A DNA stretch of 64,000 nucleotides. It comes from Trichoplax adhaerens (taxonomy: Eukaryota; Animalia; Placozoa). This document shows positions 39,701 through 52,591 of this stretch, piece by piece; position 1 is the first letter of the stretch; each line of letters opens with the position of its first letter. The position numbers were made by a program, and so were the translations under genes. The DNA lies in the NCBI RefSeq assembly GCF_000150275.1, contig NW_002060945.1, forward strand, positions 321,872-385,871, written 5' to 3'. A model generated the notes under the pieces. It did no database searches. It worked only from the letters and a program-made list of their open reading frames with translations, and was not told the DNA's origin.

Positions 39701-42700
39701 CCTAGTGCAAAACGAAGATCTCGTTGGGATGAGACACCGGTGAATCAAATGGGTGGAGCTACTCCTGTTTTTAACAGTGGTGTGACTCCAAGTGGTACAG
39801 CAGCAATGGCAATGCCTACACCATCTCCAGGTACAGAAATGCTGTTTGTTTTATTCAATTTTAGCTTTGCGATCAATAATAACGTATTATTTCTGTATAG
39901 CCAATCTCGTCGCGATGACTCCTGAGCAAATGCAGGCCTTCCGATGGGAGAAAGAATTAGATGAACGTAATCGCCCACTAAGTGATGATGAATTAAATGG
40001 CTTATTTCCAAAGGAGGGTTATAAGGTAAACTACGGTATTTTTTTATTGCTTTCAATTTATAATACTAATATTTGGTAAAATTATACTTATTTAGGTTGT
40101 AGCGCCTCCAGCCGGATATCAGCCAATTCGTACTCCAGCTCGTAAATTACTTGCTACACCAACACCGATGGGTGGAGCATCCACAGGTTTTTTCATGCAG
40201 GTAATACATTTGATAAATGATTTAAAATTAATGTATTAAGTTAAGAGTGTTTTAATATATGCGGGGCATTAATGGTAATTCAGGATGAAAAGACTTCTGG
40301 ATCCTCTAAAGTTGTAGAAGATTTACAACCTGCTGGAAATCTTCCTTATTTGAAGCCAGACGATGTTCAATATTTCGGAAAATTGTTGGTAAGTACTGTA
40401 TCGTACCTGGTAAATACGTGATTATATTGAAATTGCAATAACGAAGTCCTCCATTTCCTAGACTGAAATTGACGAAAACTTACTATCACCAGAAGAAGCA
40501 AAAGAGAGAAAAATTATGAAACTTTTACTAAAGATTAAGAACGGCACACCTCCCATGAGAAAAGTAAGTATCAATATACTCATTACTAACCTTATGGTAT
40601 TAAATAAATTAAACTAAAAGTATCTTGTTTCACAATGATTAGGCAGCACTACGACAAATAACTGATAAATCTCGAGAATTTGGTGCTGGTCCATTATTTA
40701 ATCAAATTTTGCCATTATTAATGTCTCCCACCTTGGAAGATCAGGTAGACTTCAATTTAAAACCTACAATAATGCAGTTTAGAATTATGACAGGAGTTAT
40801 TGTTTTTCTTACATAGGAACGCCATCTTTTAGTTAAAGTTATTGATCGAATTCTTTACAAATTGGATGACCTTGTTCGCCCCTACGTGCACAAAATTTTA
40901 GTTGTTATTGAACCTTTACTTATTGATGAAGATTACTATGCTCGTGTGGAAGGGCGTGAAATTATTTCTAATCTGGCCAAGGCACTTCTTTAAAATTGCT
41001 TTTGATTTATATCATTGCGAAACAATGAAAGTACTTAATAGTTTTATTTGCTTATTTAGGCCGCTGGGCTTGCTACTATGATCTCTACTATGAGACCTGA
41101 TATCGATAATATTGACGAATATGTTCGTAACACCACTGCTAGGTAAAAAATTATGTAGACTGTGAATTTGCAGAGTTTACGAAATAATTTCACACCTCGA
41201 TTTCTCATTTATTACTATATCTTTTTATTTTACAGAGCTTTTGCTGTAGTTGCTTCTGCCTTAGGTATTCCATCTTTATTGCCATTTTTGAAGGCTGTAT
41301 GTCGCAGTAAAAAGTCCTGGCAAGCTCGTCACACTGGAATAAAAATCGTACAGCAAATTTCTATATTGATGGGATGTGCTATTTTACCGCATCTAAGAAG
41401 TTTAGTAGAGATTATCGAGCATGGTTAGTTTCTCATACAGACTCGTCTTTATTTACTCTTTTATAATCATGACACCTAATTATCAAACTCTTTGATTTTA
41501 GGACTAGTTGATGAACAGCAGAAGGTTAGAACTATTACAGCTCTCGCTTTGGCTGCTTTAGCAGAATCTGCTACCCCATACGGTATCGAATCATTTGATA
41601 GTGTTTTAAAACCTTTGTGGAAAGGTATCAGAAACCATCGTGGCAAGGTTAACCTATTACCATTAAACAAGATTATTTATATGTTAAAGATGTTAGACGT
41701 TCTGATGTAATAAATTGTTTGTACATCTTTATCTGTATTTAGGGTTTAGCGGCATTTTTGAAGGCCATCGGTTACATTATACCCCTTATGGACGCAGAGT
41801 TTGCTAATTACTATACCCGTGAGGTTATGATCATCTTAATTCGTGAATTTCAGAGCCCTGATGAAGAAATGAAAAAAATCGTATTAAAGGTAAGATTAGA
41901 ATATGGATATGTGATATTATTTTATTCTAGACGTATAAACGTGATATTTACCACATTTTCGTACACTAGGTTGTGAAGCAATGTTGTTCTACAGATGGTG
42001 TAGAGCCACAGTATATTAAGGAACAGATATTACCACCGTTTTTTAAGCATTTCTGGAATCAGCGGATGGCCTTAGATAGACGCAACTATAGACAGGTTTT
42101 GCTACATATATTAAAGTATATGTATAAAGCATTAGTTTATTTTTATCTAATCAATGTATAATTATGTTCGTAATAGCTGGTCGATACTACGGTTGAAATT
42201 GCGAATGCAGTTGGTGCTGCAGAAATAATAAGTAGAGTTGTAGATGATTTAAAAGATGAATCTGAACAGTACAGAAAAATGGTTATGGAAGCTATAGATA
42301 AGGTACCGTATTAAATTATTAAGGATACATAAGTACATTGCTGGTTTGATTTTATATATATATTGAAATCCCTTAGATTATGGCAAATCTTGGAGCTGCA
42401 GATATCGATTCTCGATTAGAAGAACAATTGATTGATGGTATTTTATATGCTTTCCAAGAACAAACACAGGAGGTAGAAATTTTTAAAGTGTTTACTATTT
42501 AGTGGTGAGGCTTAGAAATATAACTAGGATGTATTTTGCAGGACGCCGTTATGTTAAATGGTTTTGGTACAGTTGTGAACTCTCTAGGAACTCGTGTTAA
42601 AGCTTACTTGCCTCAAATTTGTGGTACAGTCTTGTGGAGAATGAATAATAAATCTGCTAAAGTTCGCCAGCAAGCCGCTGATTTAATATCCAGAATTGCA

Positions 42701-44180
42701 GTGATTATGAAAACATGTGGTGAAGTAAGTACCGATTAGCATCAACAGTTATACGTGATTGATTCATTAATTAGTTTGTTAATGGCTGTATTTGTAGGAG
42801 AAACTTATGAACCATTTGGGAGTTGTATTATATGAATATCTTGGTGAAGAATACCCTGAAGTACTTGGTAGCATACTGGCTGCTCTTAAGGTAATTAGAT
42901 CTTTTTTAAAATGGTAAAAAATCTCTGTAAAAAATTTAACTTTGGTTATTTATACTATTTCAGGCTATTGTAAATGTAATTGGTATGAATAAGATGACAC
43001 CACCAATTAAGGATCTCTTACCTCGCTTGACACCCATCCTAAAAAACAGGTATAAAATAGTAGTCTAAAACGCTTATTATGGTTGTATAACTTATTGATA
43101 ATGCAACTTTTTTCCCAAGGCATGAAAAAGTTCAAGAGAACTGTATCGATCTCGTTGGTCGTATCGCTGATCGAGGTGCTGAATTCGTATCTGCTCGAGA
43201 ATGGATGCGAATCTGCTTTGAATTGTTGGAACTTTTGAAAGCTCATAAGAAAGCAATTCGTCGAGCAACAGTAAATACTTTCGGTTATATCGCTAAAGCT
43301 ATTGGGTACGTAAGATATTACAAAATAACTAGCTACCTTTCGAATTAGTACTAATTATATAATCACATCTTATGTTTTGTTGCAGTCCACAAGATGTTTT
43401 AGCTACGCTCCTCAACAATCTTAAAGTGCAGGAACGTCAAAATCGTGTGTGTACAACGGTAGCTATTGCAATCGTGGCGGAAACATGTTCACCATTTACT
43501 GTCCTCCCTGCTCTCATGAATGAATATAGAGTACCTGAGCTGAATGTACAAAACGGGGTTTTAAAGTCACTATCTTTCCTTTTTGAATATATTGGTGAAA
43601 TGGGCAAAGATTACATTTATGCTGTCACTCCATTGCTAGAAGACGCGTTAATGGACAGAGATTTAGTTCACAGGCAAACCGCATCTTCTGTTGTTAAGCA
43701 CATGTCTTTGGGTGTAGTAGGATTCGGTTGTGAAGATGCGTTAACCCATCTATTAAATTATGTATGGCCGAACATTTTTGAAACTTCACCTCACGTAATT
43801 AATGCTGTCATGGAAGCAATAGATGGTCTTAGAGTTGGTATTGGCCCAACGAAGGTTTTACAATATACTCTGCAGGTATAAACTATCTTTCATTAGCAAC
43901 TTTTTTTAATATATAAATGCTAGAGATAATTTTTTGCTTTTAATAGGGCCTCTTTCATCCCGCTCGAAGAGTTCGTGAAGTGTACTGGAAGATTTATAAC
44001 AATTTGTACATCGGATCTCAGGTATTTCAAAATTTTTGTGTACTACGATGTGCTTTCATATACATTGAATTTCTATCTGGATTTTATATGAATTAGGATG
44101 CACTTATTGGATCTTATCCCCGGGTTGAAAACGAAGAGAAAAATTCCTACTATCGCTATTTCTTAGACTACACTTTATAA
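36729..44180 (+). CDS. SF3B1: Splicing factor 3B subunit 1 (SF3b155), multi-exon
   Basis: N-terminus [15 protein letters not shown]. Seven Trp/ULM and TP-rich motifs (RWDQ, SWEQ, RWDETP, VWDATP, RWDETP, AWAETP, RWDETP). [17 protein letters not shown] p14-binding region. HEAT repeats near-identical to the family ([54 protein letters not shown]). Ends ..YFLDYTL*. Confidence 0.98.
40982..41059 (+). other. GC-AG intron in SF3B1
   Basis: The conserved ISNLAK|AAGLATM requires splicing AAG/gcactt...tttag/GCC. Read-through hits TAA at the fourth codon. Confidence 0.85.
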
Positions 44181-44370
44181 ATTTGCAGTATCTTTAGCAG
44201 TTTATTATGTACAAATTATTTCATCTATCCTTATCGATGATATTTCATGTGATACTTGTACTGAAGGTGAATTTATCCACTGTTGATTCATACGTTTAGA
44301 TAAGCATTACAGTACAAGCACATACAATGATGCATATGAATAGAATGTACCTTCAGTTGTTTTATCAGCT

Positions 44371-44376
44371 AATAAA
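44371..44376 (+). terminator. Candidate polyadenylation signal of SF3B1
   Basis: AATAAA about 190 nt after the stop. The AT-rich background limits specificity. Confidence 0.4.
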
Positions 44377-45059
44377 TTAATCCCTTTGACAACTGATATC
44401 AATATTCCTACTAGTAGCCTTGATATTCAGTAGATGTGTAGACCGTGGAACGATTTGCCTTAAGATCGTGTTGATCTGCTTGTAAAAATGATAGTAATAT
44501 GCAATCATTATATAATGTATCGTTTGTTATGTTTCATATTATATAATAAATAGTCAGGGAAGTTCGTGTACCTACTTGACTCGTGTCTGTGATGAATTAT
44601 CTTGAAAAAAAAATGGCAGGAAGTGTGATTTGTATTATATTAATCGGTTCTTCGATTAACCTTTCTCATAACGTTCTTGAAAAGGTAGAGTACTTAAGGG
44701 CTACCTCGTCTTGTCCTATACCGGATGACACACCTTGATGTGATTTAAAACATAATAGAGGGAAGCTTGAACAGAGTTCTTATTTGTTGTCTAGTCAGAA
44801 CATTGATTGTCTACATAAAGAAAAGGCGTACAGTGCAATCAGGAACTAGTCGACGATCCGTTAGTACCGTGCTTATAGTACTACTCAGACTAATACTAAA
44901 GTTAAGCATATTAGATTAATACATCCTATTCATGCTGATGCTAGATTTAGGCATGGACTACTAGAAAATATGCTGATTTACTTATTACTGTATCATGTAG
45001 TCATCCATGAATAATATTAAGCCTTTCGCTGAGAGTATTGTCGACAAGACCACGGGAAA

Positions 45060-45172
45060 CAGTGCTGTACGGCACAGTAAAGAATTGCTGCTAGCAAAGG
45101 CCCTTTCCCTTAGTCTACGCCCAGTACTGTACTGTATGACCTCCGACTTGAAATCACAGTATACTGTAGTGT
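45060..45172. repeat. Small TACTG/CAGTA cluster upstream of OXNAD1
   Basis: CAGTACTGTACTGTA (45122) and CACAGTATACTGTAG (45156), about 190-300 bp before the ATG. Confidence 0.55.
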
Positions 45173-45357
45173 AGCAAGTTGCATCAGACTAGACTAGCGG
45201 AAGCTGTTCGATCGATACCTCTAGTCCACAATGTGCTCACCGCAAACTGCTGCAGTTTTGCAATCAATAAGGAAATGATTATTTAATTAATTAATTCATA
45301 AATTATTTAACAATTTTCTACATTTATCCCTCTGTCTGCCGATCATTTTTGTTATTG

Positions 45358-48099
45358 ATGGCATTTAATCAGCTGTCACGTCGTATTGTTAACTGTAGTC
45401 AACTATTACGTTATCGAGTGTGGAAGAAAACGTTGAAAATGTCGTCTATAGATGGTAGCACACACATGGAGAAGACAGAAAATAGCCCTAGGAATGAGGT
45501 TAAATCAAATGTTACTAATAACTCATGTGTACTCATACTGATAACCATCGTGCCTTTGCAATCTCATCAATGAATGATTTACTTGCAACACTGATTCATA
45601 CGCCTATTTATAAATTGAAAATCACAGATTTATCGAATTGATTTCTACGCTTGCTTCATGGATAAAGAGAGATATCTATTTTACGTATAATAGAAGATAG
45701 TAAGAGATGATTAGAGATACAGGAGCTATCCAACGAACTATAACCGATTATTGCTATTACAGTTACAGTTGTTAACTATCTATTTTATCATGATAAATTT
45801 TAAGATCACATTATTTTAGAATGATACTCATATATCGCTTTGCACATTTATCCAATCCGATTTTTATGCCCATATCTTTAATTATATTATAATCGTATAC
45901 TGTATTATAATTACCCATCGATGCGATACAAGATGTCGACAGCATGTGATATAGTTGCTTAGTTGGAGACCCAGAAGCTATCCTACTAACTATAATTAGT
46001 TGTGCCTATGACAGTTACAGTTGTTAACTATTTATTTTATCGTCATTGATTTTAAGATAAGAGCAATTTAGAATAGCATACCTAATGACCCATATTCTAG
46101 ACTTTATGTCGTTGATTTCTATACCGGCGTCATCAGTTTACGATCGATAGAAGATATCCATACATAAACGTGAGATTGTCGCTTAGTTACAGATCCAAGA
46201 GCTATCTTACTAACTGAAATCAATCATAAAGTGATAGCTATCAACTGTTTATCTTATTACCATAAATTTTAAGATCAGAATAATTTAGAATGATATGTAC
46301 TGTACTATTGCAGATTCATCTAATCGATTGCTAAGCCTTTGCCTTCAATAACCAATCGAAAAAAGATATAACGTATGATAGAGATCTACGTAGAAACTAT
46401 CCTACTGACTGTAATCAATTGAACGATTGCTGTTATTTACTATTTATCTTATTATTTAAATTTCATGATCGCTGTAATGATGAGCAATATCGGAGATTCA
46501 TCTAACTGATTTCTACGCCTGCTTGTTCTATTACCTATCGGTAGAAGATATCTATAACGTACGATAGTCATAGATCGTAGAGCTATTCTACTGACTGTAA
46601 TCAATTGATAATCGCTGCTGTTGACATTGATCATATTTCAGGTTGTTTCTCAAGCTACACTTGTTCAAATGGAACAAATTTCACCTGATGTCAAATCGCT
46701 ATTCTTTCGCGTACATGACAAAATGTTTACCTTTAGGCCTGGTCAATGGTTAGTTTCTTCAATTATTCAATTCGCTGAATCTTTATTTACTCGTATGCTA
46801 GCTACAGATCGTGTCTTATAAACTCATTTTTCTAATCTTTTAATTATTATTATAATTATAGGATAGATATGATGATACCAGAAATTGAAGTTGTTGGAGG
46901 CTTCTCATTATGTTCTAGTCCTTTCTTATTACAAAAAGAAAATTTAATTCAATTAGCTGTGCAATATAGTACCCATCCGCCAGCGTTATGGATTCATACA
47001 AAGGTGAATGTGAACATCAAAGTTAACAAACTATACGCTAATGGCGTAAAATAATATGTATAATATTGATGTGATTCCTGTCATTTAAACTTTAAAATAA
47101 TATTTTAGGCAAAAACAGTGTCAAGTTGAAATGTGATCTAGCATATTAGCGATATATCCTGTAATTTATAATTACAATAATGAAATATGAAAAAATTAGA
47201 TACTATATCTATTGGATGATATCTATCTACATGCATAAAGGATAATCTGTTCAAATTATTTTAATATCCCTCTGCGTTATCTTTTGATTGAAAAGTGCAA
47301 GGTTGGCGATGTAGTGAAATTACGTTGCGGTGGGAATTTTTACTTTGATTTCCACAAAACTGATAAAAAGAAGCATTTGCTACTCATCGCTGGAGGTGTG
47401 GGAATTAACCCGATATGTTCAATCGTGCGTGACCTTGCTGAACATATTATTAGAAGTAGATCAGACGAATATCGAGCATTGTTGTTATACAGCGGAAAAA
47501 GTAGAAAAAATTTATTATTTAAGGTTAGAGAATAAGTTAATATTAAAATATCCCATTTCTTATTGAATTTATATGCTTTCAACACTAAACGCCGTTACAT
47601 AAAGTTTTAATTAATTTTCAGGAGGAATTAATGGATATTGCAAAAAAGGTGCCATCAATTAGTTGCAAATTTTTCGCTACTAGAGAAACGTGTCAGGAAC
47701 AAGAAGTACTATGTTAGTAATGGCAAAGCTTTCTCTTCCACAGAACATGTAGTAAAGCTTACAAAGTACCTTTAAGCGTTTCTAAATCTTTGTTACGTTT
47801 TTCTACTTAATTTACATCTATAACACGTAGTATGATGTATTCGTGCCAAGTATACGACAAATCCTACGTATAAACCAAGTATAGAAATGATAAGTAATTG
47901 TTTTTATATAACGTTTATACTATTTTGCATAGCCCACAGGATTGATCCGTCTGTTCTCAGGGAGTCCGTCTTAAACCTGAATATATCGAAGATGCAAACA
48001 TACATATGCGGGCCACCACCTATGATTGAATCAGTCGCTTCAAATTTATTGCAAATTGGATTAGCTGAAGATGATATAAAATATGAAAAATGGTGGTAA
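45358..48099 (+). CDS. OXNAD1: Oxidoreductase NAD-binding domain-containing protein 1 (FNR family, probably mitochondrial), 6 exons
   Basis: Arg-rich targeting-like N-terminus, then FTFRPGQW/IDMMIP..VGGFSLCSSP..LAVQYSTHPPALWIH, GGNFYFD, LLLIAGGVGINP, LLYSGKS, YICGPPPMIE and the terminal YEKWW*. Confidence 0.95.
45620..46641. repeat. Five-unit diverged tandem array (about 185-250 bp units) filling OXNAD1 intron 1
   Basis: Anchor A(G/A)CTATYYTACT(A/G)ACT at 45724, 45976, 46200, 46395 and 46581. Shared blocks ACAGTTACAGTTGTTAACTAT, TTTTAAGAT..TTTAGAAT, GATTCATCTAA, TGATTTCTA and AGAAGATATC. Confidence 0.9.
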
Positions 48100-49473
48100 C
48101 ACGGATGAAATGCTTTAAGATACGCTATAAAAAATTTACGAGCAAATAAATATATGCTTTATAGCAGAAAGGATGATCGTACTCGTATCTTGATATCAGA
48201 TTGAATTCTGAAATTTTCTCACCTTTATCAAAGGATATACTACAAAGTAGCATGTTATTCTGTTACTGTACGTTAAAAAAAGAGCAAAATGATTAGTCAT
48301 AAACTGGATCGTTTAAATTGCATACTACCCTTTTCCTAGTAACCACCTGCAAAACAAACCTTATTAGCACTAATGTAAAATATGTTTCGCTCTGTATCTT
48401 ATTTTACAATTATCTTTTGGGGCTATCTCCGAATAGCGGCTATTAGATAACTTTGTAAACACCCTTCAACTTAATAGCGTCTTCGTTACAATTTGGAAAA
48501 GAAATTTTTTCCGTCAAATGTAACAATGTTGTTTCAATTAGCTATCCATGACAGGGTATTCAATTAATTATAAAAGTGCCTCTATCGGATTTATTCGTCG
48601 CGGTCAAACACTCTTGTAAACATCAATTTAGACATACTGTAGTAAAAATTTACTGTCTTGAAGTATTCTTTATCAAAGTTATTGAAATCACGCATCATTT
48701 CTATGAATTTCTCATCAGAATATTTCAGATACTAAACACAAGATTGTAATTAAAATTGAATACCTTTTAATGCAAGCTGACTACTCTGTCTAAGCAATAA
48801 TTGCGTTAGAAATTCGATCAGAGATGCTAGTTTAATTATAAATTGTAATAATTATTGATCATAATACAGTTTTATACTTCCTTTCACAATGATTAAATGA
48901 GATAATACAGATGATTTACATATTCTTACAAAGCAAAGTCTCGGTTTGTAATAGTAGAAACGCAGTAAATTATTTCTAGAAATATAAAAAGAAATTTTAA
49001 TCACTAATATTATTCCAACCTTAATGATTGGGTATTTAGTAATCACATATACACAGCTATATAGGTGTAATAAAGAAGTTACAACATTAAAGCTATTGGC
49101 ATTGACCGATGATGTTATTTTGTTAATAATGCTACAGATTCCTCGTTATGTGGGTAGCTTTCTCATTGCCTACATATAGTCAATAAACTCTTTCTTTCAA
49201 ATTAATATCAGGAATATCATTTTACATCGTTTAACATAAATGCTAGCACAGTCCAATAATATAGCAGGGTAAGATTTTGTAATTACAACCTTATTAAACA
49301 ATTATTTAGTAATAAACAATCAAGATAGGGTTACATTACCTATACAAATGAGATAAAAAAGATCGGCTAAAAATTGTACAGTTAATAATTCTTTTTCAAA
49401 TTTTAATAACAAAATCATAACCAAACAATTAAAAGCTAGAAAATTGAGTCAATCAAAATTCATCATAGTTGAT

Positions 49474-52400
49474 CTAAATTTGCGGAGCCTTATCACGTTC
49501 TACATATTCGCTAAATAACCATTTCTGAGACGGACCATTGTTACAAGGATTTAAGACTACAAATTGTTCTTTACCACGATCTAAGCACCAGCCAGTTGGT
49601 GCATGACGCATCTCTCCTTTCTGCAAAGAGGAAATTTTTTGCATTTGTTAAAAAAAATCACAACATTACTGTACAGTAGATTGCTAACGTGGCTTATTCC
49701 TACCTTTGTATGTAGCCATTGTTGATTGCCTTTCATTGAGTGACAATCAAGCATTTTGACCTTACTACTCGGTTGAGAATTAGCGTAATCAAAACAGTTA
49801 TCGTCAACGATGATTTCCTCATTTTTAGTGTAAACCAGGTACTATAAAGATTGTAAAGTCAACATTTATGCGATGCAGTAATTGTTTTAAATAAATTAGT
49901 CAAGATTAGAAAGCTACTTGTAACAATTCTTACCTGATTACCCATTTGTTTATGACATTTATAAATGCCAATATAAGCATGTTCACCTGCACCGAGGGAA
50001 TCGATACAATCTCCGCTAGCGGGATTACGGAGCTAAATTTATAAATTAACGTAGGTTTTATCATATTGCCGTTAGATAAAAGCGATCGTTTACGCTGAGA
50101 TACTAGCTTCAGTACGTCTTGCACAATTATTCTGGTATAACAATTATAATTATGGCTATACATGTATTTAGATAAAGCTTTATCAGGCAAAGCGAAATAT
50201 TTCAATCAATTCATTTTATTGCTACGCCAAGATAAACATAACAGGTGATGTATGTTGTTCAAAATAGGAATAGTAAATTGCAACGTTTCACAAAAAAATA
50301 TTACACTAACCTCTCCTCTGGCAATAATTGAAGAGTTTGGTAGAAAAATCTCCGGAACTACATTCTTTATATACCAATCGAAGTTTTTGCATTTTAATTT
50401 TTTCCTTAATTCCAGTCGCTTAGAAATATCCCCAAAAGGATGACCTTTCAAGTGAGGTTGCCGCTTATAAAAGTATCGTTTATAGCCATCCATCCATACT
50501 TCAGCAACTCTTTGTAAGTTTTTACTTAAGGTTTCTCCAGTTCCTTTAGGAAAACTATAAGGCTGACTTTTCCGAAATACATGCCCTACATGAGAACAAG
50601 GAATGATCTCCAACTGACCACCGCACTGCCAAATCTATCATTTAAAAAAGTTTTCAGTATGATTAAGAGCTGAATCAAAACTAGTCGGAACAAATAGATT
50701 AATAATATCTTTTCTAGTACCCTAAATGATAGCTCTAAATTTTCACCGCCCCAAATTTCCATCTGTTTATCGTATAATCCGATGTCTTTAAAATACTGCG
50801 AATGAATCGTGAAAAGTCCACCAGCCATTGTTGGTGATCTAGCATAAATTTGTCAAATTTGGTAAATAGTATTTAATTTTGAAGTTATTCATGAATGCAT
50901 TGATATGATTTATTGCGGCCAGTAACAATTGATGAAGTCTTGTTAAGATTTCAAGAACATCTCTTGGGTAGAAATTTGTAAAGTTATAAATTGTACCTAA
51001 TTCCATCTGTTCGTGCAGCTCTTCTCTTATTTTCGTATTCCGGTACGGCTTTCCATCGGAAATTAAGGTTCCAATTAAAAGAGCCACGCACGTTCCCAGA
51101 GGAATATGTATACTCAAACGTTTCGTCGCTAATAACATCAATCTCAGGGCAAACAACTATCGTCCGATTCTGCATAATACGATACAGCAACGGCTCTAGC
51201 CATCCCACATTAGCCTCACAATGTGCATCAAGAAAAGTTACCGTAGGAGATGTTGCATGAGCAAAACCTACAAAAAGGTATCCAGAATAAATTAGTATTT
51301 CATATCGTAAGACTAGCTAGTTCGTGTTTGTAGCGCCCTCTATGTAGAGTATAAGGCGAATGCTACCGATAGGGATATTGTTAAGTAAAATCAATTTCAA
51401 ATGTAAAAGAGGAGCTTTTTGCTATCGACTGACCATTTAGTCTCGATCTTATCAAGCCTTCTCGTGCTTTATTCCTGACAATTTTGACTTTGGATAGCTT
51501 AGCGACATATTTTTCAAGAGTAGAATGCAATTCCTCTAAAATAACAAACCAAAGAGAAGGGACATCACTACAATGCAGACTAAATAGGTGTTAACATTGC
51601 TAACATTGCTAATATTCTCAGATACGAGTATATTCTACTTCTTGTCTGTATACGCTAAACTCATAGGCCACGTAGGTTATCATTTCTAACATGTTACATA
51701 AATAATTATTATAATGAAATAAATCAATATTTTACCGTATAGCTATGGTAACCCTACGTTTTCAATGTTTTGATATTTTATAGCAAATGTTACATTGACG
51801 CAGATAAAAGAAAAGAAAATACACTCTATTTTATAGCATAATGCACATATCAGTAGTCTTTCACTCTTGTTTAATATATACCATGATCGCTGCTATCGTC
51901 CACTAAAATAATTTCGCGTAATAATTCCGGTGGTGATCTATCTAAAACGCTGTGAACGGTGCGTAACAACGTCGACCATGCTTCATTGTGAAAGACAATT
52001 ATTACGCTTGTCTGGGGCAATTTATGAATAGGATATTTTAGACTGCTGCACCTATTTATTATTATTATTGCAATAAAAATAAGATTGAGTTATAGACGTA
52101 TCCAGGAAATCCAATGGAAAGGTTCCAAGTAGCTGTTTGTATAACACTATTTATCATTAACTTATCAAGGAGATCATTCATTACAATTTTTATGCCGCTA
52201 TGTAGATTGTAAGATACTGTCAATAATATTTTATTTGCACTATGTTCTACTGCATAGTCCAAGATATGTGTATGTCTACTCACTCCAATATTCGTGCATC
52301 TGGGAGTGATCGATGCAAGGATATTCGATCACTGGCCCATTGATTAAATCTATTTCTTTGAAATAACTTGCGGCTCTCCTCCTGATACTCTGGAGGTACA

Positions 52401-52591
52401 ATTACACCCCTTCCATTTTCACCGGGTTCACTTAAGCCAAATAAGCCTTGTCCAGCAGCACCCATCAAATCTGGCCGTGCTCGTCTGTTAGCACTGCCTA
52501 TCGTAGCAATAATGACGATGAAGGCTATCACCAAGCAAGTAGCGATCAGAATCAATACAATACGTCGTGCATTTCTCTTCCACAGCATCAT
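49474..52591 (-). CDS. GALNT: Polypeptide N-acetylgalactosaminyltransferase (GT27), paralog A
   Basis: Type II TM N-terminus ([17 protein letters not shown]..), [36 protein letters not shown] motif [37 protein letters not shown], and a three-repeat ricin lectin domain. The exons are phase-compatible with no disabling stop seen. Confidence 0.95.

Noticed and set aside
27040-46641. Repeat arrays considered as CRISPR-like or transposon-derived
   Set aside because: The context is eukaryotic and the repeats are long and diverged rather than identical with unique spacers. There are no cas genes, TIRs, LTRs, target-site duplications or transposase/RT ORFs.
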